A stretch of DNA of 64,000 bases, from the IMG/VR virus record IMGVR_UViG_2585427684_000001, positions 6,736-70,735 of that record, one strand, 5' to 3'. The notes under the pieces are model-generated. The model was not told the DNA's origin, made no database searches, and saw only the letters and a list, made by a program, of their open reading frames with translations. The translations under genes were made by a program, and so were the position numbers. The stretch comes from a virus. Lineage: Duplodnaviria > Caudoviricetes. This document shows, piece after piece, positions 27,491 to 38,390 of this stretch. How positions within the stretch are numbered: the stretch's first letter is position 1; every line of letters begins with the position of its first letter.

Positions 27491-28192
27491 ATGACATTCG
27501 AATCCGATATCCAGAAGCTCGAGCCGGGCAACCAGATCCGGCTCTACGAGCTGGACGCGACCCGACTGGGCGGGAACATCATGCGCTTTCATGGGCATGC
27601 TCAGGAGGCCGATATCATCTGGCAGGGCCAGCTCTATTCGGCCATGCAGATCGAGGCCAAGGGCTTCGACATTCGCGGCGATGGCCGGCCTGCCACCCCG
27701 ACCCTGCAGATGGCCAACGAGATAGCTGGTGTGCGTGGCGCGGTCACAGCGCTGTGCTTGGCGCTCAAAGACCTGGTGGGCTCCAAGGTCAGGGTCATCG
27801 AGACCTTTCGCCACTTTCTGGATGCGGTGAACTTCCCGGACGGAAACCCTGATGCGTCCAACCAGGCCCGGGAAAACCTCTGGTACATCGAGCAGAAGAC
27901 CGACGAGAACCGCCAGCAGGTGACCTTCCAGTTGTCCAGCCCTTTGGACATGGGCGGCGTCATGCTGCCGGCCCAGCAGATCACCAAGCTATGCCGCTGG
28001 GCCTGTCGTGGGCAGTACCGGGGCGAGGCCTGCGCCTATACCGGCGCTGCCATGTACACCAAGCAGGACGAACCCACTGACAACCCGGCGCTCGACCGCT
28101 GCCCGGGGCGCTGGAAGAGCTGCAAGCTTCGCGGCAACACACGCCGCTTCGGCGGCTCCATGGGCGCAAGCCTGATCGTCAGTTCGAGGTGA
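27491..28192 (+). CDS. Minor tail protein L
   Basis: Cys cluster CRW..YRGEAC..DRC..SCKLR..FGG. Confidence 0.92.
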   Translation: MTFESDIQKLEPGNQIRLYELDATRLGGNIMRFHGHAQEADIIWQGQLYSAMQIEAKGFDIRGDGRPATPTLQMANEIAGVRGAVTALCLALKDLVGSKVRVIETFRHFLDAVNFPDGNPDASNQARENLWYIEQKTDENRQQVTFQLSSPLDMGGVMLPAQQITKLCRWACRGQYRGEACAYTGAAMYTKQDEPTDNPALDRCPGRWKSCKLRGNTRRFGGSMGASLIVSSR

Positions 28193-28195
28193 TCG

Positions 28196-28978
28196 ATGCG
28201 TATCAACCAGTCACTGCAGGCCGCGATCCGCGAGCATGCCGAACGCGCGTACCCGGCCGAGGCGTGTGGGGTGCTGATCAAGACCGACCAGGGCCGGGCC
28301 TATGTGCCTTGCCGTAACCTGGCGAAAACACCGCGGGAGAACTTCCGCCTGCACCACGAGGACCTGGCGAACGCTGAAGACCAGGGCGAGCTTCTGGCGA
28401 TCGTACATAGCCATCCTGATGCTGCGCCTACGCCCAGCATGGCGGACCGGGTGAGCTGTGAACTGCACGAAGTGCCCTGGGGGATCGTGGGCTGGCCAGG
28501 TGGTGACATGCAATGGTTCAAGCCATCCGGCTACCAGGCTCCGCTGCTGGGTCGCGAGTTCGCCCATGGCCTGCTCGACTGCTGGGGCGCCTGCCGCGAC
28601 TGGTATGCCCGCGAGGCCGGGCTGATGCTGCCCAACTTCGAGCGCGATGACCTCTGGTGGGAACAGGAAGACGGCCCAAGCCTATATGAGGCCAACTTTG
28701 CGGCCACCGGCTTCTACCAGGTGGATGAGCCCCAGCGCGGTGACATGTTGGTGTTTATGGTGCCATCGCCTGGGCGGCCCTGCTTTCACCCTAATCATGC
28801 GGCTATTTACCTCGGCAGCCAGCCGGAGCTGATCAGCGAGCCGGCCGCGCGCCTGGGCGGCAGTGGGCCCTTCATCTACCACCACATGGCCGGCAGGGCC
28901 TCCACGCGGGAAGTCTACGGCTGGTCAATGGCCAACCGCTGCCGGCTGATTCTGCGGCACAAGGACTTTCAGCCATGA
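28196..28978 (+). CDS. Tail protein K (JAB + NlpC/P60)
   Basis: HSHPD..PSMAD; DCWG; NHAAIY..HH. Confidence 0.92.
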   Translation: MRINQSLQAAIREHAERAYPAEACGVLIKTDQGRAYVPCRNLAKTPRENFRLHHEDLANAEDQGELLAIVHSHPDAAPTPSMADRVSCELHEVPWGIVGWPGGDMQWFKPSGYQAPLLGREFAHGLLDCWGACRDWYAREAGLMLPNFERDDLWWEQEDGPSLYEANFAATGFYQVDEPQRGDMLVFMVPSPGRPCFHPNHAAIYLGSQPELISEPAARLGGSGPFIYHHMAGRASTREVYGWSMANRCRLILRHKDFQP

Positions 28979-29559
28979 AGCGCAAGGTCAAACTGTACGG
29001 GGTGCTGCGCAAGCACTTCGGGCGTGAGTATGAATTGGATGTAAACAGCACACGTGACGCCATCCAGGCGTTGTGCAACATGGTGCCCGGCTTCGAAAAG
29101 TTTTTGACCACAGGCGAGGAGCGGGGGCTGGTGTTCACCGTATTCTCCGGCACCCGCAACCTGTCAGCCGATGACTTGGACATGATGGGCGACGACGCCG
29201 GGGACATCCGAATCGCCCCGATCATTCAGGGCAGCAAGCAGGCCGGGCTGTTCACCACCATCATTGGCGTTGTGCTCATCGTGGCTGGCTACTTCACCTT
29301 CGGTACCACCTCCGCCTATGGCGTGGCGATGATCGCTGGCGGTGCCGCGATGGCTGCAACTGGTGTTGTGCAGATGCTTTCGCCCACGCCGACAACTGGC
29401 AGCCTCGATCGCAATGAGGACGGCAACAACCCCAGCTACGGGTTCGGCGGTGCGGTCACCACGATCGCCCAAGGCAATCCCTACCCAGTGCTGTACGGCG
29501 AGCGCGAGATCGGCGGAGCCGTAGAGTCGGGGGGAATCTACCCGCAAGACCGGCTGTGA
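28975..29559 (+). CDS. Tail assembly protein I
   Basis: KLYGVL..FGR, SYGFGG..QGNPYPVLYG. Confidence 0.92.
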   Translation: MKRKVKLYGVLRKHFGREYELDVNSTRDAIQALCNMVPGFEKFLTTGEERGLVFTVFSGTRNLSADDLDMMGDDAGDIRIAPIIQGSKQAGLFTTIIGVVLIVAGYFTFGTTSAYGVAMIAGGAAMAATGVVQMLSPTPTTGSLDRNEDGNNPSYGFGGAVTTIAQGNPYPVLYGEREIGGAVESGGIYPQDRL

Positions 29560-29613
29560 ATATTGGCAACACACGACCCGCTTCGGCGGGTTTTTTCGTT
29601 TGTGGAGACTGGA

Positions 29614-32600
29614 ATGGTCCAAGTATCGAAGCGCGCCCCGCAGCAGTCCCGCGCAGCACGTAAGCGCCAGGTTGTGGGCAGCAAGGGTGGGGAGAAGAAG
29701 CAGAAGCAGCCCAGCATCGCTTCCAACAGCGTTCCGTCCATCGCCGTTGCCCGCCTGCTGTACCTGTGGAGCTGGGGCCCCATTGTAGGGCCGGTAAATG
29801 GGCTGCGCTCCGTCAAGCTCGATGGCACTCAGGTCATGGCCGACGACGGCACCATGAACTACCCGGGCGTGAAATGGCAGTTTCGCTCCGGTGAGTTGAA
29901 CCAGGAGCGTATGACTGGCATCACCGAGTCGAGCAACGAGATTGCTGTTGGCCAGTTGCTGCTGACCACCGCGCCCTACGTGCACACCATCAGCAACCCC
30001 ATGCTGGATGCCGTGCGCCTGCGTTTCTCCTGGCCACAGCTCCAGCGCCAGGACCAGAGCGGCAACATTGATGGCGTGCGCATCGAGTATGCGATAGACG
30101 TTTCGACTGACAACGGCCCCTTCCAGCAAGTCCTGGTGTCCGAGGTCAACCGCAAGAACGTCACCAAGTACGAACGCTCGCACCGGATCGAACTCCCCGC
30201 CGGTTCTCGCTGGACGGTCCGCGCCCGTCGTATCACCCCCGAGGCCAACAGCTCGCTGACCCAAGATGGGATGTACGTTGAGGCGCTGTCGGAGGTGGTC
30301 GACAGCGACCAAGAGTACCCGCTGACCGCTGTCAGCTGCGTGGAGTACGACGCCGAGCAGTTCGGTGGCGATATCGCCAAGATCGCCGTGCTGATGCGCG
30401 GGCGAATCGTGCGCGTACCTGCCAACTACAACGCGGAGACTCGTACCTACGCCACCAGCGGTGTAGGCACAACGAACGGGGTCTGGGATGGGACCTTCAA
30501 GGAGGCCTATACCAACAACCCGGCCTGGGTCTTTTATGACCTGGTGCTGCATCCTTACTACGGCTTGGGAGATCGCATTGATCCGAGCATGATCAATCGC
30601 TGGTCGCTGTATCGCATCGGGCAGTATTGCGACCAATTGGTGCCAGACGGCATGGGCGGCCAAGAACCGCGCTTCACCTGTAACCTGTACCTGCAGAAGC
30701 AGGCCGAGGCCTGGGCGGTGATCCAGGACCTGGCAGCCATCTTCCATGGCCTGGCCTTCTGGGACGGTAGCCAGATCACCGTGAACGCAGATCTGCCGCA
30801 GGACCCGGTCTACAACTACACCCTGTCACAGATCCTCGACGACGGCGCAGTCAAGTACACCGGCAGCAAGCTGCGCGAGCGGCATAGCCAGGCCATGGTG
30901 TCGTTCGATGACCCGGCGCGGGGGTATGACACCGACAAAGAGCCCGTTTTCGACGAGGACGCGATCGCTGAATATGGGGTCCGCGAGATCTCCGTAGAGG
31001 CGGTGGGGTGCACCTCGCGTGGCCAGGCCCAGCGCGCTGGCCAGTGGGCTTTGATGACCGAGCAGCTGCAACTCAGGGGGGCAACATTCCGCGTTGGCCT
31101 GGATGGCTACATTCCGAAGCCAGGCAAAGTCATCACCTTGTCCGACCCAATGCTCGCTGGGCGGGACAATGGCGGACGTATCGCCGCTGTAACGGGCCGC
31201 GTCGTGACGTTAGACCGTGACATCAATGTTCCAAGCGGCGCCCGCCTGCTGGTCAACCTGCCTAGCGGCAGGTCCGAGGTTCGCCAGATCCGTTCTGTGA
31301 CCGGTCGCCAGATCACCGTGGTAGCTGAATTCAGCGAGGCGCCGCAGCCTGAGTGTGCCTGGGTGCTGGACTTCGACGACCTCAAGGTCATGCAGTTCTA
31401 CGTCCGCAACATCACCCGGCCGGAGTGGCACCAGTTTCAGCTGGAGTGCATCCAGTATGAGCCGGGGAAATTCGACGCTATCGATTTCGGTACCATCATT
31501 GATGACCGGCCCATCAGCGTGCTTCCCCCGGGCGTGCAAGATGCACCCGCGCGCGTGCTGATCGGCAGCCACTCCGCTGTGGACCAGGGCATTGCGGTCA
31601 CCACCATGTCCATCTCCTGGGATGCGGCGCCTGGTGCTGTGGCCTACGACGTTGAATGGCGGTGGGGCTCCCGTGACTGGGTGAGGATGCCGAGAACTGG
31701 CCAGCTCACCGCTGATGTACGTGGGGCCTATGCCGGTCAGTACTTGGCCCGTGTGCGCGCGGTCAGTGCCATGGATGTGGCTTCCATCCCGACCACCTCA
31801 GCCCTGACGGAGGTTGCCGGCAAAACGACGCCGCCGCCGGCGGTGACGTTCCTGCGCGCTGAAAGCTTGATTTTCGGGATCAAGGTCACTATCGGTTACC
31901 CAGCCGGTGCCAGCGATACTCAGCGTGCAGAACTGTGGTACGGGCCGGGCTCAGACCTGGCAGCAGCCACGAAACTGACAGATCTGGCCTACCCGCAGGC
32001 CGACCACACCCTGCAGGGCTTACGCGCTGGCCAGACGTTCTACTTCTGGGCGCGCTTGGTCGATCGCTCTGGCAACATCGGCCCTTGGTTTCCGGTCGAT
32101 GCACCGGGGATTAAGGGCCAGGCCAGCGCCGACGCCGGTCCTATCCTCGAGCAGATTGCCAAGCAGATCGGCGAAAGCGAGCTCGGCAAGGAACTCACCA
32201 GCAAGATCGAAAAGATTGCGCTCATTGACGGCAACGGTCCGGGTTCGGTAAACGAGCGCGTTGGAGCCGCCAAGACCGAGCTGGCCAAGCAGATCAGTGA
32301 GGTCAACAACGCCCTTGGCACCGTAAAGGGCAACCTTGAGCAACAAATCACGGCCGTCAGCGCGGACGTTTCCGCTGCCAAGACCGAGCTGCAGCAGCAG
32401 ATTGCGAACGTCTCGGCCCTGGCCGGCTCGCTGCCGTATCGCAAGGACAAGGCCTATAGCGTCGGCCAAAGCGTCCTGGGTAGCGATGGCAAGTTGTACC
32501 AGGCCCTGAAAGCGGTACCCCTGAACACGCCACCGCCGAACGCCACCTACTGGACCGATGTTGGCCAGGCGGTGGTAACTGCCAATGGCATGGCCGCGCG

Positions 32601-35600
32601 CGTCTCGAAAGTCGAAACCGATGTGTCGACGCTGGATGGCAAGGTCACCGCCCAGGCGTCTCAGATCAGCGGGCTGCAATCGAGCCTGACCACCACCAAT
32701 GGCAATGTCTCGGCTGCCCAGCAGGCTGCTCAGGATGCGGCCACGCTGGCGGGCGGGAAGGGCAAGGTCATCGTTCAGTCGGCCGCGCCTGCCGTCGCTG
32801 ATCGCCTGGCGCAGAATCTCTGGATCGACACCACCAGCAATGGCAACACCCCGAAGCGCTGGACCGGCTCGGCTTGGGTTGCGGTGACGGACAAGGTGGC
32901 CACCGATGCAGCCGCTGCTGCCGCTGGCGCACTGGCTCTGGCCCAGACCAAAGCCGATGCCTCGGTAGTCAGCAGCCTGACAACCCGCGTCAGCGATGCA
33001 GAGGGCAAGCTCACATCGCAAGCCAACAAGCTGGACGGCATGCAGACCAGCATCGACGGCAAGGCCAGCTCGCAGGCGCTGCAGCAGGTCACCAGCCGTG
33101 TGACCGCTACCGAGCAGAAGGATGCTGCTCAGGATCAGCAGCTGACCTCGCAGAGCCAGGCCCTGACCTCGCTGACCGACAGCGTGAGCAAGAAGGCCGA
33201 CGCTTCAACGGTCCAGGCCCTGAGCAACGAGGTGAAGACCCAGGGGCAGATCCAGACCGCCCAGGGCCAGGCGCTGACCCGGATAGACACCAAGCTGCTG
33301 GCCAGCCAGGACAACTCGCCGACCAAGGTCTATCAGAGCGTGTTTTCGGACATGGCTCAGGATCAATGGGTGTCAACCAATTCGGGTGCCGGTTCTTCGG
33401 CATCGTTCGGTACGCCCACTGGCATCACGCGGGGCGCTGCGCTGATTTTGGACGGCGGCGCCGGCAATAGGACCTGGTGGGGCGCTTCGACTCGCAAGAT
33501 TCGCTTCGACCCGACGCGCCTGTACAAGCTGACCATTCGAGTGCAACAGGTCGCCATGGGTACCGGCTCGCCCGGCACCTACGCTGGCCTTGATTGCTAC
33601 GCGGAAGACGGCAAAACCCGCGTCAGCACCATGGGCACGGGCTCGGTCGGGTCCTCTCACTACGTTCTGCTGAGCAACAGGAAGCTCGGCCAAGGTGAAT
33701 GGGCTACCGCCGAGGTGTATGTGAAGGGCCATACCACTGGCTCGGAGGGCGGGGCAGCCGGTGCAGGGACGCTGGCAGACCCCAAGCGGCTCAAGGAAGG
33801 TGCTGCCTGGTTCTCGCCCATGATCATCGCCGGTTACTCGGACGTTGGCGGGCAGGTCGTTGTCGATTATTTCGACATCGAGGACGCCACCGAGCAGGCG
33901 CAGATCGACGCTGGTGCTACGGCCACGTCGGCCATTGGTGCGCGGGTTGAGCGAACGGAGCAGGGTCTAAGCTCGCAATCCGGAGCCATCACCGTACTCA
34001 TCAATACGCTGAATGCAACCAATCAGGACCTGGCCAGGAAAGCAGAATCATCTGCAGTCCAGTCTCTTAATAACGTCGTATCACAGCAGGGCGCTGCGAT
34101 CACCGCCAACGGTCAGGCCTTGACAGGCATCAATGCAAGCCTGAGCAACTTGGGCGCCAGTGGCGTCAACCTGGTCCCTGCTGAGTACTGTGCGTTCACA
34201 AAAGACTTGCCGCCCATGTACTCCAACGGTGGCGTCAACGTCACTACAGTGGCGGATCCGCAAGCCCTCAAAGGCTATGCATTGCGGGCTGATAGTCGCG
34301 CCGTCGACTCTCACACCTTCGGTTTGAACATCGGTTTCAATGCGTCTGGTTGCAACATGGACTTCAAGCCAGGGAAATACCTGGTGTCCTTCTATGCCAG
34401 GACGGAGACGGCTGGCCATATGGTGGGGGCCTACGCCCGCGTGTTGCTCGCGGACGGGACATCTTTCAAGACGTCGAACGCGCCTACCTTCGCGTTGACG
34501 ACCTCGTGGGCCAGGTACTCAGGGGTCATTGACCTCACAGACCCGGCCTACACCGGTACGCAGATGCAATTGGCTATCCAGGGCAACCGCTCCGGGGTGG
34601 CCAACCGGGTCAGCTACTTCGACCGGTTCATGTTCGAAGCGGTGGTCAACGAGCAGAAGTCGCCGTCCACGTTCAGCATGGGCAACAGCTTCGACCAGGC
34701 CCAAGCGAACGCCCTGGCTAACACAGCCCTGACGGGTCGAGTAGAGCGGGCCGAAAGCGGGGTGACCAGTGTCTCCGGTCAGCTGACCGAGCTGTACAAT
34801 AGCATCGGCGATGTGGGCGCGGAAAACCTGGTCTTCAACCCATCGTTCGAGCGGGTCGACCCGGGCACGCCAGGAATGGCAGACGGCTGGTGGTATGACG
34901 GCACCGGCAGTACGACTCGAGTCCCGAGTCTGGTGCCGTCCTCGCTGGCATCGGGCACGGCCCAGCGACTGGACGTGACCGGCCTGACGTCGACCACCTG
35001 GGCCCGGTTCTACGTAAAGTCGCAGTTCCGGTTTAAGCCAGTGCCGGGCAAGACCTACACGGCATCGGTCTATATGCGCGGCACGGCGGGGCTGCGCATC
35101 TTGCCGCAGGTCTATGGGACCAATGAGGCAGGTGCCGGTACCGAGAGCTGGGCAGCGGCTCGCACCGATGCAACAGACAGCTGGGTGCGGCTGACCGTTA
35201 CCTTTACGCCCGGTACCGCTACGACCAAGATTTACGCAGCGGTCGTTGTGTACGGCGGTGGTTCGGCCAACAGCGGCTTCATTGAGGCCGACCGCTATCA
35301 GATCGAGGAGGGTGTTCGGGCAACGGGCTGGCGGGACAATGGCCAGGTCAACAGCTTTGAGAGCTCGGCCTTGTCGTCCGCCGTGACTGGGCTGTCATCA
35401 ACGGTCTCGCAACAGGGCTCGACCCTGTCGAGCGTCAGCAGCAGGACGACCAACCTGGAGAACGCTGTCAACAGCACCTCCAGCGGTTTGCCGTCCAAAG
35501 CCAGCACCAGCGCGCTCCAGTCCTTGACCGGTCGCGTGACAGCGGCGGAGGGCGGCTTGACCGCTGCCAATTCGAGCATTACGCGGATCGGCAGCCAGGT

Positions 35601-37188
35601 CGAGGCTATCGGCGGGTCAGGGTCAAACCTGATGCCAGCGGAGTACTCCACGTTCACTGACTCGCTACCGGTCTTCCGAAGCCAATCCGGCTTAGTGTTC
35701 AGTGAAGTGGCAGACGCTGCGGCGTACAGCGGCAGGCTGCTCAAGGTGGAGTCTAACGCCGGGTCTGGCTGGACGTGGCTGGCAAATAGCCCCACCGACT
35801 ACAACCTGCGCTTGGTAACCGGGCGACAGTACATCGTCTCGTTCTGGGCCAAAGGCAGCGCGGCCCATAACGTGGCGGTCCGTATGCGCTTCCAGAACAC
35901 CGCGGGCGGCGAAAGCGAGGTGGTCTTCGCCAACGTGAACGTGGGCCTGGAGCTGGCGCGGTACAGCGGTGTGTTCACGGCTCCTGCCGCGCTGGCTGGG
36001 CCTGCCTGTGTGGTGCTGTTCACGCAGTCAGCAGGTAAATCCGGGTCTACGTGGTTCGACGGTTTCATGGTCGAGGAGAAGATCGGTGAATCGACGGCGC
36101 CCTCTGCCTTCACCCCTGGCACCTCAACGCGCCAGGCCGCTGGTCAAGCGCTTGCGGTATCGGCTTTGGATACCAAGGTTACGCAGCAGGGTGCCAAGAT
36201 CGAGTCGGAGGCCAAGCGCACGGACGGGCTGTACACGTCAGTGGGTAACGCCAATTCAGCGATTCAGGATGAAACGACTGCTCGCGCCAGTGCCGACTCA
36301 GCCCTGAGCACTCGAATCAACACCGCCCAGGCGAAAGCCAATGAAGCGGCGGCGGCTGTCCAGAGTGAGGTGCAAGCACGGGCCGATGCCGATGGCGCTC
36401 TTTCCAAGCGCGTTGAAACGGCCCAGGCAACGGCGGGTAACGCCAATGCTGCAGTTCAGCAGGTCGCTACAGCGCAGTCCGACATGAAAGGGATGCTCAA
36501 CGCGCAGTACACCATGCGTGTGCAGATCAACAACCAGATGGGCGTGCACCATTGGGGCGGGTTTGGCATCGGCATCAACGAGCAAAACGGGGTGGTGCAA
36601 TCGGCCTTCGTGGTCTATTCGGACCAGTTCGTGTTGCTCAACGCCAACGGGGGAGGGCTTTCGTCGCCATTCTCCGTGGTTGGCGGACAGACGTTCATCT
36701 CCGACGCCTATATCCGGAACGCGAGTATTGGCACCGCCAAGATCGCCAACGGTGCAATCGCCAATGCCCAGATCCAAGACGCGGCCATCACCAACTCGAA
36801 GATCGGCAACCTACAGGTGGACACGCTCAAGATCGGTAACGAGGCAGTGACCATCCCCCGTTACGCTGGCTATGCCCCTCGCTTCAACTGCAACGGGAGT
36901 TGGCAGACGCCGCTGACCATTACGTTCTACATGCCTCAGCCTGGCATGGTTTACATCAACTACTGCGCAACGTTCCTATCGAACGGCACCCAGTTCTACC
37001 AGTACCGCCTGGTCCTTGATGGAAACATGATCGCTGAATCTGTCGCGAACTGGTCGGACAGCTCCATCACCCTGGCCTCTGGACAGTACGTGGGAGCAGG
37101 CCAGCACACGGTCGATTTCTCGATCCTGGGGGCGGTAGGCGTGGTGCTCTCTTATCAGAACCTTATGGTGCAAGGAATCATGAGATGA
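29614..37188 (+). CDS. Tail tip/host-specificity protein J, very long (~2520 aa)
   Basis: J N-terminus (GSKGG, YTNNPAW), FN3-like and coiled-coil segments, four beta-rich inserted modules. Confidence 0.93.
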   Translation: MVQVSKRAPQQSRAARKRQVVGSKGGEKKQKQPSIASNSVPSIAVARLLYLWSWGPIVGPVNGLRSVKLDGTQVMADDGTMNYPGVKWQFRSGELNQERMTGITESSNEIAVGQLLLTTAPYVHTISNPMLDAVRLRFSWPQLQRQDQSGNIDGVRIEYAIDVSTDNGPFQQVLVSEVNRKNVTKYERSHRIELPAGSRWTVRARRITPEANSSLTQDGMYVEALSEVVDSDQEYPLTAVSCVEYDAEQFGGDIAKIAVLMRGRIVRVPANYNAETRTYATSGVGTTNGVWDGTFKEAYTNNPAWVFYDLVLHPYYGLGDRIDPSMINRWSLYRIGQYCDQLVPDGMGGQEPRFTCNLYLQKQAEAWAVIQDLAAIFHGLAFWDGSQITVNADLPQDPVYNYTLSQILDDGAVKYTGSKLRERHSQAMVSFDDPARGYDTDKEPVFDEDAIAEYGVREISVEAVGCTSRGQAQRAGQWALMTEQLQLRGATFRVGLDGYIPKPGKVITLSDPMLAGRDNGGRIAAVTGRVVTLDRDINVPSGARLLVNLPSGRSEVRQIRSVTGRQITVVAEFSEAPQPECAWVLDFDDLKVMQFYVRNITRPEWHQFQLECIQYEPGKFDAIDFGTIIDDRPISVLPPGVQDAPARVLIGSHSAVDQGIAVTTMSISWDAAPGAVAYDVEWRWGSRDWVRMPRTGQLTADVRGAYAGQYLARVRAVSAMDVASIPTTSALTEVAGKTTPPPAVTFLRAESLIFGIKVTIGYPAGASDTQRAELWYGPGSDLAAATKLTDLAYPQADHTLQGLRAGQTFYFWARLVDRSGNIGPWFPVDAPGIKGQASADAGPILEQIAKQIGESELGKELTSKIEKIALIDGNGPGSVNERVGAAKTELAKQISEVNNALGTVKGNLEQQITAVSADVSAAKTELQQQIANVSALAGSLPYRKDKAYSVGQSVLGSDGKLYQALKAVPLNTPPPNATYWTDVGQAVVTANGMAARVSKVETDVSTLDGKVTAQASQISGLQSSLTTTNGNVSAAQQAAQDAATLAGGKGKVIVQSAAPAVADRLAQNLWIDTTSNGNTPKRWTGSAWVAVTDKVATDAAAAAAGALALAQTKADASVVSSLTTRVSDAEGKLTSQANKLDGMQTSIDGKASSQALQQVTSRVTATEQKDAAQDQQLTSQSQALTSLTDSVSKKADASTVQALSNEVKTQGQIQTAQGQALTRIDTKLLASQDNSPTKVYQSVFSDMAQDQWVSTNSGAGSSASFGTPTGITRGAALILDGGAGNRTWWGASTRKIRFDPTRLYKLTIRVQQVAMGTGSPGTYAGLDCYAEDGKTRVSTMGTGSVGSSHYVLLSNRKLGQGEWATAEVYVKGHTTGSEGGAAGAGTLADPKRLKEGAAWFSPMIIAGYSDVGGQVVVDYFDIEDATEQAQIDAGATATSAIGARVERTEQGLSSQSGAITVLINTLNATNQDLARKAESSAVQSLNNVVSQQGAAITANGQALTGINASLSNLGASGVNLVPAEYCAFTKDLPPMYSNGGVNVTTVADPQALKGYALRADSRAVDSHTFGLNIGFNASGCNMDFKPGKYLVSFYARTETAGHMVGAYARVLLADGTSFKTSNAPTFALTTSWARYSGVIDLTDPAYTGTQMQLAIQGNRSGVANRVSYFDRFMFEAVVNEQKSPSTFSMGNSFDQAQANALANTALTGRVERAESGVTSVSGQLTELYNSIGDVGAENLVFNPSFERVDPGTPGMADGWWYDGTGSTTRVPSLVPSSLASGTAQRLDVTGLTSTTWARFYVKSQFRFKPVPGKTYTASVYMRGTAGLRILPQVYGTNEAGAGTESWAAARTDATDSWVRLTVTFTPGTATTKIYAAVVVYGGGSANSGFIEADRYQIEEGVRATGWRDNGQVNSFESSALSSAVTGLSSTVSQQGSTLSSVSSRTTNLENAVNSTSSGLPSKASTSALQSLTGRVTAAEGGLTAANSSITRIGSQVEAIGGSGSNLMPAEYSTFTDSLPVFRSQSGLVFSEVADAAAYSGRLLKVESNAGSGWTWLANSPTDYNLRLVTGRQYIVSFWAKGSAAHNVAVRMRFQNTAGGESEVVFANVNVGLELARYSGVFTAPAALAGPACVVLFTQSAGKSGSTWFDGFMVEEKIGESTAPSAFTPGTSTRQAAGQALAVSALDTKVTQQGAKIESEAKRTDGLYTSVGNANSAIQDETTARASADSALSTRINTAQAKANEAAAAVQSEVQARADADGALSKRVETAQATAGNANAAVQQVATAQSDMKGMLNAQYTMRVQINNQMGVHHWGGFGIGINEQNGVVQSAFVVYSDQFVLLNANGGGLSSPFSVVGGQTFISDAYIRNASIGTAKIANGAIANAQIQDAAITNSKIGNLQVDTLKIGNEAVTIPRYAGYAPRFNCNGSWQTPLTITFYMPQPGMVYINYCATFLSNGTQFYQYRLVLDGNMIAESVANWSDSSITLASGQYVGAGQHTVDFSILGAVGVVLSYQNLMVQGIMR

Positions 37189-37571
37189 CCCAATCACCCC
37201 CAGCCGGGGAGGTAGTGCTCTACAACGAGCGCGGAGAAATCCGTATGCGGGGCTACATGTCCCAGCTCGAGGCGGAGCTCAACGCGAAGCGAACAGGATT
37301 CTCCTATCTATTCGCCCGGGCCAGCGAGCTCGAGCAGTTCGTCAGCGCGGGCAAGATCGTGCCTCGACCCAAGATGGCACTGCAGCTGGTTGGCATGACC
37401 CTTAAAGGCGTGCCCGCCAAAGCCGTGCTCAACATTGAGGGCGTGGAGTACACCGCCGACGGCAGCGACATCGAGTTGGGCTTCAGCCTGCCCGGCGAGT
37501 ATGAGGTCGTGATCGACCTGTGGCCTTACCAGAGCGAGGTATTGAGCGTTGAAAATCGAGCACAAAAGTGA
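37185..37571 (+). CDS. Tail-associated hypothetical protein
   Basis: ATGA coupling to J; PGEYEVVIDLWPY. Confidence 0.75.
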   Translation: MTQSPPAGEVVLYNERGEIRMRGYMSQLEAELNAKRTGFSYLFARASELEQFVSAGKIVPRPKMALQLVGMTLKGVPAKAVLNIEGVEYTADGSDIELGFSLPGEYEVVIDLWPYQSEVLSVENRAQK

Positions 37572-37719
37572 CCATGCCAAAGCCCGGGCCACTGACTACC
37601 CGGCGATCGAGGAACAGCTGGACATGCTTTGGCACGCGATGGACCAAGGAACAATGCCCAAGGCCGAGCCGTTCTATTCCACGATCCAACGAGTAAAACA
37701 GCAGTACCCAAAAAACTGA
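37549..37719 (+). CDS. Small tail-associated protein (56 aa, TTG start)
   Basis: RBS GAGGT; YPAIEEQLDMLWHAMDQG..VKQQYPK. Confidence 0.6.
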   Translation: MKIEHKSDHAKARATDYPAIEEQLDMLWHAMDQGTMPKAEPFYSTIQRVKQQYPKN

Positions 37720-37776
37720 CGGTCAATTACCCCACAAGCCCGCCACGCGCGGGCATTTTTTTGCCTGGAGAAAACT

Positions 37777-38004
37777 ATGCCCTACGTAGCCATCAACCTG
37801 ACCAACGATTACGACCCTGACAACAAGACCCGCTTCACCACCCTGGAACAGGCCAAGGAGCGTATCCAAGCCGGCCTGCGCCAGTTTCCCAGCCACCGGT
37901 TCGTTACAGCCGAGCTCCTCGAGGAGTTCACCGCCGAAGTCGTTATCACTGGCAGCGAGCCAGCCAAGCCCGATCCGGTACCGGACGAGAGCACCGAGGC
38001 CTGA
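37777..38004 (+). CDS. Phage hypothetical protein
   Basis: RBS GGAG after a terminator; 75 aa. Confidence 0.65.
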   Translation: MPYVAINLTNDYDPDNKTRFTTLEQAKERIQAGLRQFPSHRFVTAELLEEFTAEVVITGSEPAKPDPVPDESTEA

Positions 38005-38098
38005 GCCCCACGCTTAACCATACAGCCCGCTCGGCGTGGGCAATTTGTGCCTGTCGAGTTACTTTCCAAAGCGCCTCATGCGCGAGTAGCGGTGCCTC

Positions 38099-38308
38099 TC
38101 ATTTCCTGCCGATTTGAAACTTCAGTTTATCGGTTGGCCACCAGTTGAAAGACGGGGGTGGCTCATAGCAGCCTGGCTGGTTAGCAGGCGAAGCATCACA
38201 CCGAACGGTGTATCCCTTCGAGCCTAGCTCTGTAGTGTTATCGCTGGAGCTGTAGTGAGAGCAGCCCGCCAGCGCGGTGAATATGAGTGATGCAGCAACA
38301 CGCTTCAT
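38099..38308 (-). CDS. Small lipoprotein (family B, copy 1)
   Basis: Lipobox LAGC; CDASPANQPGCY. Confidence 0.8.
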   Translation of the reverse strand: MKRVAASLIFTALAGCSHYSSSDNTTELGSKGYTVRCDASPANQPGCYEPPPSFNWWPTDKLKFQIGRK

Positions 38309-38390
38309 AAGAAATTCCTTCCATAGATTGCGCCATCGTATCGCTTAGCAGTGGCGGGTAGGGCCGTAGATCTCAGAGACCACCAGTGAT

